This document shows positions 23,561 to 37,300 of a DNA stretch of 64,000 bases, piece after piece; the stretch's first letter is position 1; the number at the start of each line of letters is the position of its first letter. The position numbers and the translations under genes were made by a program. Location: assembly GCA_043228905.1 (NCBI GenBank), contig JBHGNT010000016.1, positions 1,426,001 to 1,490,000 on the forward strand. Reading direction: 5' to 3'. The notes under the pieces are model-generated. The model was not told where the DNA came from and made no database searches. It saw only the letters and a program-made list of their open reading frames with translations. Origin of the DNA: Azolla caroliniana (lineage: Eukaryota > Plantae > Polypodiophyta).

Positions 23561-26164
23561 GCTACCAAATGTATACATCCTAATACAACACCTTTTGGCA
23601 GTTTGACTCCACTCATCCTCACCAGAAAAATGAGAAAATCACTCCCCAAATTTGAAAAGTATAATCAAGCCTCCCCGTCACCCCCTAGAACTGCTTCATC
23701 ATCCATCTCTACCACAAACTTAGACTAAAAAGATTTTCGGACGACTTCCCCAAACAAAGCCAAACCAAACAACTTTAATGTTCTTGTTCCCTCATCCTTC
23801 GCATCCATCATGCAATGTCACTTGAATATGAGATTGAATGAAGAACAAATAATGACACCAAGAGTAGCGTACAACTAACGTATCTAATGTCCCTGTGGCT
23901 CCATAGAGATGCTTCCTCCTCCCATATCATCATCCTTCTCTAACAAAAAATTATTATTATACATTATTAAGGGGACCATGTTTTTTTAAGTAGGAATTAA
24001 CATTCAAGAAGCTATCCGGCGATGATGATTGACAGTGGTTGGTGCTTCTTCCAAACAAGAACGAGCATTGAATATTCTACATCATAAATGGCCAAAATAT
24101 AAATAGACAGTATTTATACTGCTTGTGACCAACAAGAGTCATGTGAGTCCAATTGGACCTTAGGCATTTTCGATTAGGGCAAGGCTTGTGCTTTAGCACA
24201 TGGAGCCCTTGTATTTGTCAACTTATAAGGTAATTGTTTCCTTCAATCACACACATAAATACAATACTAATTATTTGTAATTACTAGTAGTTGTTTTGCC
24301 AACAAGAACCCCTTGTCTACGCGGATTAGTTTCTCTCAAAGACTTGAAGAAGATGTAGCTTTCTAGCTAACATCCACAATATGTATACTCAAATTTGCGG
24401 ACTCATTATATTATTCAAGGAAATAAAGCCTCAGGTTTAGGACGTTTTGCATTAGCTCTAGTGGAACATTAACATAAGGTTTTGGGACAAATTAATATTC
24501 TCCACATGGGGCTCTTAGTTAGTTACTCGTGCCTCTCGACATTCCCATCCTCAATCATACACACGATTCTTAGTTCTGCTCACGATCCTTTCCCAACCAT
24601 CTAAACAATTTCTTAGACTGAAAAAAAATGCTACTACTTGATTTCATGTCCCCATTTCATAGAACAATTCCTCAATTAGGTTTATGATTCTCAGGTATGC
24701 ATAATATGCACATCCACATTCACAAGTTAGGACATTCATTAAGAGTTTTCCATTGGGTTTTCATGATTGCCTCCAATACAGATTCATACAATCATAATTG
24801 GCATTGTTACTGATTCAAATAACATAGCTTGAGATTGCATGATCTAATGTAAGTAGAGGATGTTCTATATAAATATCCTATATAATTTTGGCCTTCTAAC
24901 AATTCAGAAAATTGCATAGAAAGCAAATTCTAATGAAGGCAATATCGGCATAAGCATCTAAATGTATTTGGGACTAATATCATTAAATCATTGGATAATG
25001 AACCATCATGCATAAATCACGGGCAGAAATAGAAATGATCTCAGATGTAATTGAAACTATACCTGACAGGTTTAGGCTCAAGATTTTTACAAAGGAGATT
25101 TCGGGATCTCCTTTTCTAATCCAAGGGTTAATCAATGGCATTTAAGTGAGATTTAGTGCACAAACGAATGGATTTCTATGCAATCAACATAAAATCTCAT
25201 AGGAAAATTACCTAGGACAAATAAAATGTATTTAGATCATCTATGACATTTAAAGGTGAATCATGCAGATATAGATGATTTGTGCGTAGATGATACCAAT
25301 CATTGTTTCTATACGGATGAATCCTCAGAACATATACATTGTAGAGCATATTATCTCTAATGGCCAAAGTATGTTCTTAATTAACTTGAAGGTCACAAGT
25401 AACAATAGAAATGGCCAAAGTATGTTGTTAAGTAACTTGAAGGTCACAAGTGACACCAATTGATTAATTGCTAATAAATAGATATAAACTAAATAATTTT
25501 TTGGATGATTGGTAGTAAATAAATAACCAATGAATGATGAATAGAAAAATTACAAATAAGTACCTTAAAGAAAAATGTGGAACACCTCTCCAAGTTCAAA
25601 ATGCTTATGGTTCCGCCTCTCATTCACATGTAACAAACTTTTTTCTTGACAATGTACAAACCGTCTTGGTAATTACTTTTCACACCTACGTTATCTTTGA
25701 GATCTTCTAGTTTGTTACCCAAAAAGGGCTCAGAAACTTCGAGGGACGATACATCTTCTTTGAAATACACCACATTGTAAGTCACAAGGCTTAATAAAGT
25801 GTGATATGCTTCTGTCAATATTGTTTGAGCTCGGCAAAGATGACAAGTCAATGGTGACATACACCATGGTGGTGTCTTCATTGACTATGCTCGTGCGTGC
25901 GTTCGAGTGTCCAAGTAAACAATTGTAAAATTGGAAACAATTGCAAAACATTTGACTCAATTCCAACCTAGCATCACATGAACAATGATGGAAGCAAAGT
26001 AGGAACAACTTGCCAACCAAGCAGTTGAATGAGCGTCATGTGAGGCTATTACTAGCTCCTACACAACTGCTCAAAACTTGTCAGCATAGATCTAACGCCA
26101 CACTAAACACTCAAAACATGTAAGTAGCCAACAATGTTTGGATAGACTCCATTGTTATCCAAAC

Positions 26165-26754
26165 TGTTACGGGCATGACCATATAATATCCCGTGGTAAG
26201 ATGGTGTCGTAGTATTCTATACACATGGATAAAGTGTGAGGGTTAAATGAGAGTGTACAGAAGGGAAGGATTACTTTTAATGCTTGGGATTGAGACGACC
26301 CATTAAGGAACTGTTAGAGCTAGATCTTGATGTAAGCATATGATAAGGAATTAATGGATAGATAGATAAGAAGGAGAGAGAGAAAGAAGGGCACCACCCC
26401 CGAACGAAGGGATCAAGATGGACTCGAGCCTCTATCAACGTCCCATACCACCGTCGTGGCGTCAAGTCGTACCTGGTACTGGCGTGCTCGCTACAAGAGT
26501 TGATCCACCACAAGGACAGATTCTTGACGTAGTCAAGAGATGTGTCAAATGAGGGTAGTTAGGCCTCATATTTATAGCCAAACCTAAGGCCCCCAAGCAA
26601 GGTCACACTTGGCCTTAATGGGTTGTCTCAATCCCAAGGATTAAAAGTAATCCTTCCCTTTTACACTCTCGTTTAACCCTCACACTTCATCCACGTGTAT
26701 AGAATACTACGGTACCATCTTACCATGGGATATTGTATCGGCATGCCCGTAACA
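26165..26754. mobile_element. 590-bp non-coding insertion with TGT...ACA ends, ~143-bp terminal inverted repeats and a 5-bp TSD
   Basis: Inverted arms 26165-26308 and 26613-26754; TSD CAAAC (26160-26164, 26755-26759); minus-strand CTATAAAT near 26570. Confidence 0.88.
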
Positions 26755-28289
26755 CAAACATTGTTGGCCTCAATGAATTGCTAGAGGCCACCCAGTCCAT
26801 TTCATGGTCATGTGAATGATGGCAATAAGTTGACTCAAATACAACAATAATGTGAGAGATACAAGTACGCATGTACCTCATTTTAGTGGTGCAAACAACA
26901 ATTAGGCAGGTTGTAAACACCCACATAGACGATTACAAAACTTGTGGTAACACCCAATTTCAGCTCTCGTGTTCATTCTAGATTGTCACAAAGGCCCTGA
27001 AGTCATGCCATGCCTTGCCCTATAATATCTTTCTTTATCCTTGACTACGTCCAAACTCAAAAGGCATTTTCAAGTTTCATGGTATTCATTATCAAACCAT
27101 TTTTACTTTGAACTACGTTTCTTGATGCCTTTGCAAGGTATGCGCTTGGCGGAAAAACATTTGTTAATACATTAGTAAATGACTTTTTTGAAAGCTTCCC
27201 ATTTGCATTTGAAAACTTATGACTTTGTAAATTGTCATTTGTAGCAAAGTTTATCCATCATGAATATATGAGTGCCCATTTTAAGGTCCATGCTCAAATA
27301 TGGTTGTTTGATATTATCAAAAACCGTCTCACACTCAAACCTTTTCATACATTTGAGATCAATGCATAAAGGTCATATTGTTGAATTCTAGTGTCCATTC
27401 ACTACATGGAATTTGTGTATGCAATCCAAAATGTGTTTGGAAAGAACCACATAGCCAATCACACAATTTTCATTCATTATGTTTTCACTTGTAAAACCAT
27501 TCATGTTGGACCATAAAGATACATTATTTATAATAAGCATTGTATTGCACATTGTGTCCATATTTGCATATTTTCCCTTCTTTGGACACGTCCTTAACCT
27601 TATTTTTCCATTTTTCTATGAGCTTTACAATGAGCATTTTGTTGTGAAATGGTATGATCTTCACTCACAAAGCATTGTCATTTACGGTACACCCACTGTC
27701 TTTGAGCATGATCCTCCTCTTTGTATTGTTAACCATTGTACTAACAATAGGCCGTTTCTCTCAAATGAGCAACATCATGTTTTCCAACTCAGTGTGCCCC
27801 CACATACATTCACACACGACATGGCATAATGCATAATAAAGAATTTTGTGATGACTTTTCTAAGGTTTGTGGGTGAAACAATATCACCACCACATACATT
27901 GGCCCATTACTTTATTGTGCTTATATTTTTCATTTCGTGCACAACACACCTCCCCATGTCCATTTTTTTCTCCTTTAATGTTTGTTTTAGCTCAATCTCA
28001 TCTAAACACTCACTTGTTTCTAACAAAAGTTGATCATTATATTCTCTAACCTCATATTTAGTTTCTTGTAAATATGGTTTTTTGTAAATAACCTAAATGG
28101 CTCTTAATCAATGTTTCCATGATGGCTACATTTGTTCTATTGAGATAGAGAATCTTTTGTGTTTTCAGTTCATCATCAATCATACTCTCAATCTTTGTGG
28201 CCCCCATGCTAGTGTTTTCATTGTGCGACCAACCCCTACGAGAAGTATAGTTCTAAAACTCGTATAGGTTTAGTTTATCATACGATTGA

Positions 28290-28790
28290 TCTTCTTCCAA
28301 AATGAAGCTACTTTCTCATTAGTTAGGAAGGATTATTACAAAGAGATTGTACAAGGAGGCTTAAACATAGATCGGGGAATCTCCCTCCGATCAAGTTCAA
28401 GAAAATGAGACTAGTTACACATTTCTACCAAAAGCGCAAACGGGCAGTGCCCACGTCAGTGGAATGGCTGCAAACCTCGTCCAATTGCACTCGTAGGGAG
28501 CTAATAAGTGCAAACCATATGTCCATGATCACTTCCTCTAGGGACCGCACCAGATCTTGGAAGACCTTTAGGCAATGCGCTTTCCATACATACCACAGGG
28601 TGAAGCCCGTGATCAACATCCAAATGTCCGGGAACCAAGGGGATGCAAACTACAAGCCTCTCTCAAATCGAATCTTGGCGATTTTGCCTCTCATGCATAC
28701 GTAACACCAACTATCCGCATTGAAGGTGTCCGTCCACCTATCAACGGGAAATCATGTCATAGAAATAGCTTATAAAAAATTGAACCAAAG
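28290..28790 (-). mobile_element. L1 LINE 3' fragment
   Basis: LWYVWKAHCLKVFQD...IWFALISSLRVQLD, typical of a plant L1 ORF2 C-terminus; boundaries approximate. Confidence 0.65.
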
Positions 28791-29084
28791 AAAAATAATT
28801 ATATTAATAAAAGAGGGGACGATAATAATTAGTCATTGATGAGTGATTGATTTAGGGTCACTCTCTCATTACCTTCTCACTAGATTGCAACTACTTTGTC
28901 GTTGTCATCATGACCTAGGTAAGATATGGAATATTCTTTACATTAATTATGTGATCTGAGTATTGCATCTCTTGGAGTAACAAGGTTTTGACAATGGAGT
29001 GTGTAGATTTTAATGCAAAATGTGCACATAATACTTGTATGATCACACACATCTTGGATAGTTGAGCCACATACATGTACTCAC

Positions 29085-29311
29085 TAGGAGTTAGCAACAG
29101 ATTGGCTCAAACGTGAACTGAGCCATTAAACCGTATTAAAATAGTTTGCTTCAACCCACCTTAGGCTTGAGCTTCCTTAACCAATTTGAGCTTATTTGTT
29201 TCTACTTGGGCATTGACAAACCGATTAAGGCTTAATCGGTTCAACCAAAACTGTTAGCCTCAACCGATTTAGGGATAGGGATAGCCAAAACCAAACCGTT
29301 GCCGATTCCTA
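29085..29311. mobile_element. Old hAT-type MITE
   Basis: Imperfect TIRs TAGGAGTTAGCAACAG / CCGTTGCCGATTCCTA; AACCG/CGGTT subterminal motifs; TSD decayed. Confidence 0.5.
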
Positions 29312-29349
29312 ATGCCCAGCACTTGAGGGATCAAACACACATTGGACAA

Positions 29350-31050
29350 TCAAACACTTTCATCATATCCTTTCTTATATCACCCATGAATTTGGGTTTG
29401 GGTAACAAGCTTAACACATACACAAGTTGAAAGTCATGACATTGACCTTGAAGGGGCTAATAAGATTACCAAATCTATGAATAGTACGACCTCCTTCTTG
29501 GAGACTAGATTGGCCCATTTCCATAATATTTGGATATTAATGCTCTTTATTAGTCACAATGTAGGAAGCAACAATGTTTTTTTTATACCATTCAATGACG
29601 CATACTTTTCAAATTGACATAAAAGAAACTCTCCTCCGTTATCAGTCTAAAAAAACTTTACAATTATGTGACAAGTCCAGTTGTTTCTTCACTATACACT
29701 ACCGCTTTATAAAAATTTAGATGCTACATTTAGATGACATTAGGGAAAGCATTACAATCAAGCGACATGTTCAATTGTGTCTTCACAATACACTGCTACA
29801 TTATGAAATTTTAAAGAGCCTCAACCTTTCCTTTTGAGAAATATACCCACATCATCTTATTATAGTATATGATGATCCACCCAATGTTTTTGTTTCCATC
29901 TTTCTATAGAAGTCTATAAAGGTCTCTTAAGCTCTTGCAAAAACGAATTCAAGTGCAACTTGCCCAACATGCAAACCTTGCACATCGTAAACACGAGTTA
30001 GTTTGGGAAAGTATATATCGCCCAATTTCCTACATCTTTAACATCTCTAAAGTTCCTGAATGAGTTCAAATAACGTCTCTAAAGTTCCTAAATGAGTTCA
30101 CTTGACTATCCATGTACCACCTTGATCTATTATTGAGGAGCAAATTACCTCATACATTCACACATGAATTGTGAAGCAAGCTAATGTAGCATTATCTACT
30201 TCTTGATAGTGCTGAATTTTGCCCTTTTGTCTTTAATCAAATGTAGAGAATTCCTCTTGGTAAACTCCAAAGTAGAGGTGTCAAGTTGTTAGTGTTTAAT
30301 ATAACAGTCTTTAGCCATATGTCTTGTTTTACCATAAATTCGCATCTTCCAGTAAAGAACTTTTGGTTGAAATCCCCCCCTCTTAAATCTATTTGATCTA
30401 GTAAAGAATAGAATTTCTGGATTCAACTTTTGATTTATCACCCACGTCGTAAATCTTGTGTTTAGACCATCATTATACATCACAGATAGAGAAATACACA
30501 TTTCTCTAATTCAATGACTATCATCTTATCTCAATGATGTTTTTTCCTTATAGTAATTGCATTCACCTTCTCATCCACTCAAAATCTGGATCACGGTTTC
30601 ATTCCTCTTTGTAATGCTCCTTTATGTCATGGACACACTGTATCGTGACATTTTAGGCATTTGTGCCTTGAATGAGTGTGGAATCAACATTAGCAAAGAT
30701 TTAGTTGTCCCTATGACAATCCCATATATAGTGTCTACATTAGTTGTCTCTATGACAATTCCATATATAGTGTCTACATTACGCCTCTTTCATGCTAGAA
30801 ATTCCACAAGATTTGAGGTGATCAATACATATTTTGATCTCCTAGTCCCAACAGATAAATATCCAAGAGCTCATGCAACGATAATGTGATGGACATATTG
30901 AACTTCTATAGTGTGTATTTTGTCAAGTCAAACGTTTCCTTCAACATCTTGAACAAGCAATGATGGGTTCACACAAGGAATCCTTGATAGAAAAACTCAC
31001 AAGGGCTTTGCCACCTATGCCCACACACTAAGGTTTTTCAAGCTTGACAT
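29350..31050 (-). pseudogene. Highly degenerate Copia gag-pol remnant
   Basis: Zinc-knuckle remnant (GKTRHMAKDCY) and a CKVCMLGK integrase-like remnant on the minus strand. Confidence 0.45.
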
Positions 31051-31939
31051 AAAAAATCCTAGAACTAACGTAAAATGTGTAAACTTAAATTAGGCATATG
31101 GGCCAATCATATTTATCGTGGTTGTTTGAACATATGCGACAACACTGTCTAGTTTTAACTCAATTATTGATGAATAATATGTGGTGCGTATTCTTGTTAA
31201 AAGCTGACTCGATAACTATGTTGTTTCGTAATAGGTTGCCGATAATGAAGTACATGGCTACACCCCTCCCCCCCTCCAAGTAATTGGTGCACCTTGTTCT
31301 TGCTAAATAATTTAGCATTTAGGAACCACAAATAGCTAGGTTTTGGCCCACGTAGACAAACACAAGGACCCTACCTTCAAGACCCACATGCCAAGACTTT
31401 AATGCTACATGTCATATTCAGCCACAACTTTAAGACAAAAATTCATAAGGGCCAATCGTATTATAACATTTGTTGAACACATTCAATAACATCGTCTACT
31501 TTTTCCTCAATTACACTAATAAATAATATGCAATGCTTGTTTTCTTAGGAAATGGCTTATCGATTATGATTATTAGCCAATGCCTTGAGTATGCATGTGA
31601 TTGCAAATTCTTAGGATTAATACCACACCCTAATAAATATAATGTAGTCCCTTTGCTTACAAAATTGTAATGCAGTTACATTTATAGATTATTGGAGTTT
31701 CATGCCACCTGAGACATAGGCATATTTTATAAACGGATTTCTGGTAACGTGGAATGGTTTTACTCTACACTAAAGTATTTTTTTAAGCTGACAATTATAA
31801 TTTAGAAAAGGAGCTCATTACTACATCTTGTGTGTATAGCCTTTGGGTGTTTCTTAATACTAATGTAATATTCTCGTAACTAATGAGAGAGTAGCTTCTT
31901 TTTGAAAAATTAAATAATTTGTAATGAATGTGGGGGTTT

Positions 31940-33179
31940 TGTTAAATATGGGATCGGCCACAACTGATTATCACTCACAAGTGGAAATGAAAGAATAGAA
32001 AATGAATACACAAACAACTCTGTTGTAACTGTCTTCATTTAACAGACAGTTACAACAGAGTTACTTCTAACTCACACACACAATCTCTCTCACAGCACAA
32101 TCAACTCTATACAATGATAACTAAGTTTGCTACAACTTTAATGACTTGCCCTAACTATATTTATACTCATATAGAATATGGGCTATTTACAAATATAGCC
32201 ATAATGGGCACATCTAGGCTATTTACAAATATAGCCTAGTTGGATTCGGCCAATTCGGCTATTAGCCAAATCGGTTATCGATCAGTTATGGGTCAATCAA
32301 TTTTTTGGCCTCCGCCGAGTTACCTATCAACTCCATCCGATCCGGCTCGTGCTCTTCCCATTCAAAGGAACCTATTTCCCAACAAACTCCCCCGGGCCTT
32401 CACTCCGGCATGGGGTGCTTCGTCAGTCTGACCCGTCTTCGACATGCATTCAGCTTCTCCGCCGACAACACCTTCATTAGCATGTCTGATCCATTTTCCT
32501 ATGTGTGGATCTTCGTCAAAGAAAAGTCCTTTTCTTCTACCTTCTCTTGGAGCTAGTGATATCTCCTTTGGATGTGCTTGGTCCTTGAGTGGTAAGCGGC
32601 ATTCTTCGCAAGATGGATGACACTCTGATTATTGTAATAGAGTCGGAATTCCTCTTGTCAGATCCCCAACTCTCCGATGAAGTCCTTCATCCAAATTATT
32701 TCCTTCCCGGCTTCCACTACGGCCATGTACTCCGCTTCCGTGGTTGACAGTGCCACAAACTTCTGTAACCGCACATGTCATCACATATCCGAACGTGGAC
32801 CGGCTAGTATCTGCATCAGCCGACATGTCCGAGTCAGTGAATCCTTCTAGTATGAGTTAACCTAAGCCGAATCGGAGGCACACGTTCGAGGTGCCTTTTA
32901 GGTACCGGAGTATCCATTTCACCACAACCCAATGGTCTCTTCCGAGATTGCTCATAAACCAGTTGACTACTCTGACAGCATAGGCAATGTCTGACCTAGT
33001 GCAAACCATTGCATACATTAGGCTTCCAACTATTGAGGCATATGGGTTCTTGTTCATCCCAACTTTCTCTAGATTCTTCTTTGGACATTGGTTTCCACTT
33101 AGCTTGCAGTTTGTCAGTAGTGTGAAGCCGACCGGCTTCGCCTCCTACATGTTGAATCTCTGCAGCACCTTCGTCACGT
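31940..33179 (-). mobile_element. 3' part of a Copia element (RT/RNase H remnant plus 3' LTR 31940-32384)
   Basis: PYASIVGSLMYAMVCTRSDIAYAV and DADTSRST; PPT GGGGGAG at 32387-32393 (minus); LTR TG...CA; same lineage as the Copia elements at 54020-64000. Confidence 0.85.
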
Positions 33180-34310
33180 TGTCGCAAAGAAAACCGGACT
33201 GGGTGTTGTCGTACTGGGTATCGAGCTCTCTCCTCCTCTATCGTTGCTCTCCACTCTATTTCTGGGTCGGTTGCCTCTGCTGCGTGTAAGCCCGCGTGCT
33301 TCCAACAGAGGCTCCACCGTGCGTTCTCTGTGTCGCATGCGTGTGCGTGGGTTCTCTGTGTTGGATTTGTTGCCGGCTTGCCGGTTGTAATCTTGCATAC
33401 ATTGTAACCTTGTTAGTTATTGAATTCAGACTTCTGTCTTCTCTCTCTCACTTTTGATCTCTTAAACCCCTCAGTTCAAGAACCCCGCGGTCCCGCCTTA
33501 ATTTCTTCCATGTCAGCGGAACTACACGACATTAATTTGGTAAACCCGACGTGAAATGAGGAAGCAGAGGAGTTGGAGATGAGGGGATCGGAGCTTGCAG
33601 AAGCCATGGCGGTACCGGTGGATCGGATAGTAAGCGCTCGCGAGGCCACGAGCGCCCTCGACAGGGCCATTGAAGCGATTGTCAACGCAATAGGCTGGTT
33701 CAATGGCAAGAACGCCACGACTTATTTGGAGGCCTACCGGGCCGAAATGGTGATGAGGGACATTCTGGAAGATAGGCTGTTGGTCGGTTTCCCTCGGGTG
33801 GCAACGCCAAGCATTCACGCAAAGGTGCTCGAGGTACAAGCTGGATGTTGGACTTGGGAGAGTTTGAAGGTCAGATCCTCAAGAAATACGAGCTCGATGA
33901 CTCGCTTCGGCTATCAAAGCGAGAGTTCATGGAGTGGGTGGAGACCCCCGGAAAGGCGAGGAACACGTCTGCGCTCCTCCAAGAATTTGAGAAATGGTTT
34001 GCTCGGTTGTCGGCGCTGGACCGGATTGTGCTCGACACAAGCCGAGTCCTGCTATTCGTCAAAGCGGTGGACGCGTTACACCGGGAGAAAGTCGGTCTCC
34101 TATTGGAGACAGATGAAGGGCTCACGACAGACTGGGCCGTGGTAAAGCAAGTCTGTGGTCGTTTCGACAAACGGCGTGAATGTAGCGGCGAGGGGTTGAC
34201 AGCAGCAAGGCTGGTCCCGATAAGGGAGTTCGAGGAGCCGACATCGGTAAGGAAAGATGAGACTCGAACTTGGTTGGAGTCGGGTGCGGGCCCGTCCGAC
34301 GCGGTGTTGT
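33180..34310 (+). mobile_element. 5' part of an LTR element: LTR 33180-33531, tRNA-Trp PBS, frameshifted gag
   Basis: TGTCGC...CACGACA; PBS TGGTAAACCCGACGTGAA (33538-33555) is complementary to the plant tRNA-Trp 3' end with 1 mismatch; gag FNGKNATTYLEAYRAEM. Confidence 0.8.
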
Positions 34311-34312
34311 GT

Positions 34313-37300
34313 TGTTATGCGCGTGCGTGTAGAAGGGCGGGACCACGGGGGTCTCGGACGAGGGAGGAAAGGATGCCAAGAAGCTGAAACACGAGAGGGA
34401 GAGATAGAGAGAGAGAGAGAGAGAGAAACATGCGCGCGCTATGCCGACTCTTATGCACGGGAAACAAAAAGGGGTGGAAACACCCGACACTACTAGAGAT
34501 GCGGATGTGCACAACCAAACATATATATATATATATACATATTACAATGGAAGAGATACAACCCCAGCTTCGAGCCGGACCAAGGTAGGTTACAACAACA
34601 GTATGTTGCCAAGCCGTCGTTCGGGGAGCTCTCTGTCAGGAATAGTACTAAAGCAGAGATGGAATTAGTACTAAGAAGAGCAGTACTATTAGTACTAAGA
34701 GGACGGGACTGCGTAAGATTCCCGAGAGAGGAAGTGAGAAGAGGAGAGAGAGAGATATCGAGGATGAGAGAGAGAGAAAGATGATGACAGAAGCTAATAT
34801 ATTATGTGAAAAGATAAGTACAAAGCGGCTAAGAGGCTTAAGACTGGCGTTGAACCAATTTGGTTCAACATAATGCCTAGTGCCTTCTTTTATAGTGTTG
34901 TCAGGAGTAATCCTGAAACTTCTAGAATGTTCTAGAGAAATCTGGAATATACATTATTTTCTTATAATAAAACATAAATGAAAATAATATCCTATGAATT
35001 ACAATAGATGGTGTGATGGTTAAGAGCTCGACCCATATACTATAAGGTCATGGGTTCGAGTCTTGCCATAACATGACAATATCTCCCCCTTAAAGACGAC
35101 GAGTGGAACGAGTCGACGTTGATTGCGGACTGGGTTTGTCCGAATACTGTCGGTGGAAATCAGGAAGCAGATCTTGAGCATTGGCAACATGCTCGACGGG
35201 TTCCCAAGTGCGTTCGCTTGAACTATAACCAAGCCAATCGACCAAATAATAAAGTTTGTTGCGAATAAGTTTGGAATCGAGGATGGCAGAAACTTCATAC
35301 TCCGGGTCAGCGTCCAACTCCAGCGGGGGTGGCGGTGGTGTAACACGATCGGGAATGGTGTTTGCTTTATAAGGTTCAAGAAGAGAACAATGGAAAACCA
35401 GATGTATCTGAAGCTACGGAGGGAGATCAAGGTGGAATGTGACATCATTAACCTTACCCATAATACGGAAAGGACCGAGTCGTCGATAATCCAACTTGTC
35501 GCACGGTCGAGTGGTCTTGATGTGACGACGTAAGAGCCATACTCGATCTCCGATGGCAAAAGAGGAGGGAAGCCGATGACGATCCGCGTAAGTCTTCTGT
35601 GTTTGTTGACCATGACGAAGATGAGTCGAGAGATTTGTCTGGATCTTGCGTAGTCTCTCCAAATGATCCCCGGCACGAGGATTAGTAGGTAGCTCCGGGG
35701 TGTCGATCACCAACCAACGAGGATGAGAACTGGTATAAGTGTAGAATGCGGAGACTCGAGTCGAGGAGTGAACAACATTATTATACGCAAACTCCGCAAA
35801 GTGGAGAATCTCGGCCCAATCGTCCTGTTGATAACTCAGGAAACACCGGAGATATTGCTCTAGTGTTTGGTTGGTTCGTTCCTCCTGCCCATCGGTCTAA
35901 GGATGGTAACCGGAGGAGAGGTTGCAAGAGACCTTGAGCATCTTGAAGAGATGCTGCCAAAATTTGGAGACAAATTGTGGTCCTCGGTCACTGATGATAC
36001 TGTCTGCGAGGCCATGATGCCGAAATACCTCACGCATGACAAGGGCGGCGGTTTCCTCGCTAGTGATGGCCTTAGTACACAGCACAAAATGTGCCATCTT
36101 CGTATATTGATCGACAACGGTTAAGATAGCATCGAACCCCTTCGAGACCGACAGATCTGTGATAAAATCAAGACAAATAGACTGCCACGGCTTACTTGGA
36201 ATCAGTAAGGGTTCCAACAAGCCATATGGATGGTGTCGTGGCATCTTTGCTCGGCAGCAAGCATCACAGGTCCGAACGTAGTCGTCGACAAAACGACGCA
36301 TGTGGGGCCACCAAAAAGATTGCTGCACTAGCTCCAACATCTTAGTACTACCGAAATGTCCCGCCGTATGGGTGTCGTGACAATGCTGGACGATTTGAAG
36401 GCAACAGGAGCAATTGGGGACATATACGCGCTTTTTAAAGAATAACAAACTATCATGATATTCGAATTGTCGGTAGTCAATACCTGGTTGTTGAGACTGA
36501 GAACAGGATGCCCGAGAAGTATCAATCTGCGCCAGGATGTCTTGAGCAAAACTATCCGTCTTCAAGTTTGCACGTATTTCATCGGTAATCCGTGAATCCA
36601 TCGGGGTGTGAAAAATCCGCGTCGTGTGCAATGGTGTTGGTCCCAAGATTACTTGCTTTTGATTATCAAATGTTGGATCACCAGGACGAGGTGCAAGATA
36701 TGAACGCCGTGATAGTGCATCTGCTTTTCCTTGCTACTTCCCCGGTCGATATGTGATTTTGAAGTCGAAACGCGTGGGGAATTGCGCCCACCGAGCTTGC
36801 CGTCGATTTAGTATGTGAGCGTTCTGGAAATAAGCAAGATTTTTATGATCACTAAAGACAATGACCTGATGTGGAGAGCCCTCTAAGAAATGCCGCCATT
36901 GCACAAATGAATCCACGATGGCTAATAACTCCTTGTCATGTATTTCGTAGTTGATTTCCGCGACATCGAATTTGCGCGAATGGAAAGCCATAGGATGCAA
37001 CTCTTCTTTATCTCCTGATGCGTCGGCCTCCATGATTAATGGTTTGCTTGTATCCACATGAGCTAGAATCGGTGATGATGTAAAGGCTTTCTTAAGATGC
37101 CGAAAAGCCATATCTGCTTCAATGGACCAAAGAAATGCTTGGCCCTTCATCGTAAGTTGTGTGAGGGGTAAAATAATCTTCGAGTAATCCTGTATAAACT
37201 TACGGTAGAAGTTAGCAAAACCTAGAAAACATTGTACATCTCGTACCGACCGTGGAATTTACCACTCTAGTATAGTTTGGACTTTAGCTGGATCCATGGC

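Noticed and set aside
23600-28200. Possible minus-strand host exons or an old LINE (KWFDNE motif near 27095)
   Set aside because: No sustained reading frame or recognisable domain without a database search
35009-35067. Functional tRNA gene
   Set aside because: No convincing acceptor stem or cloverleaf; kept only as an A/B-box cassette
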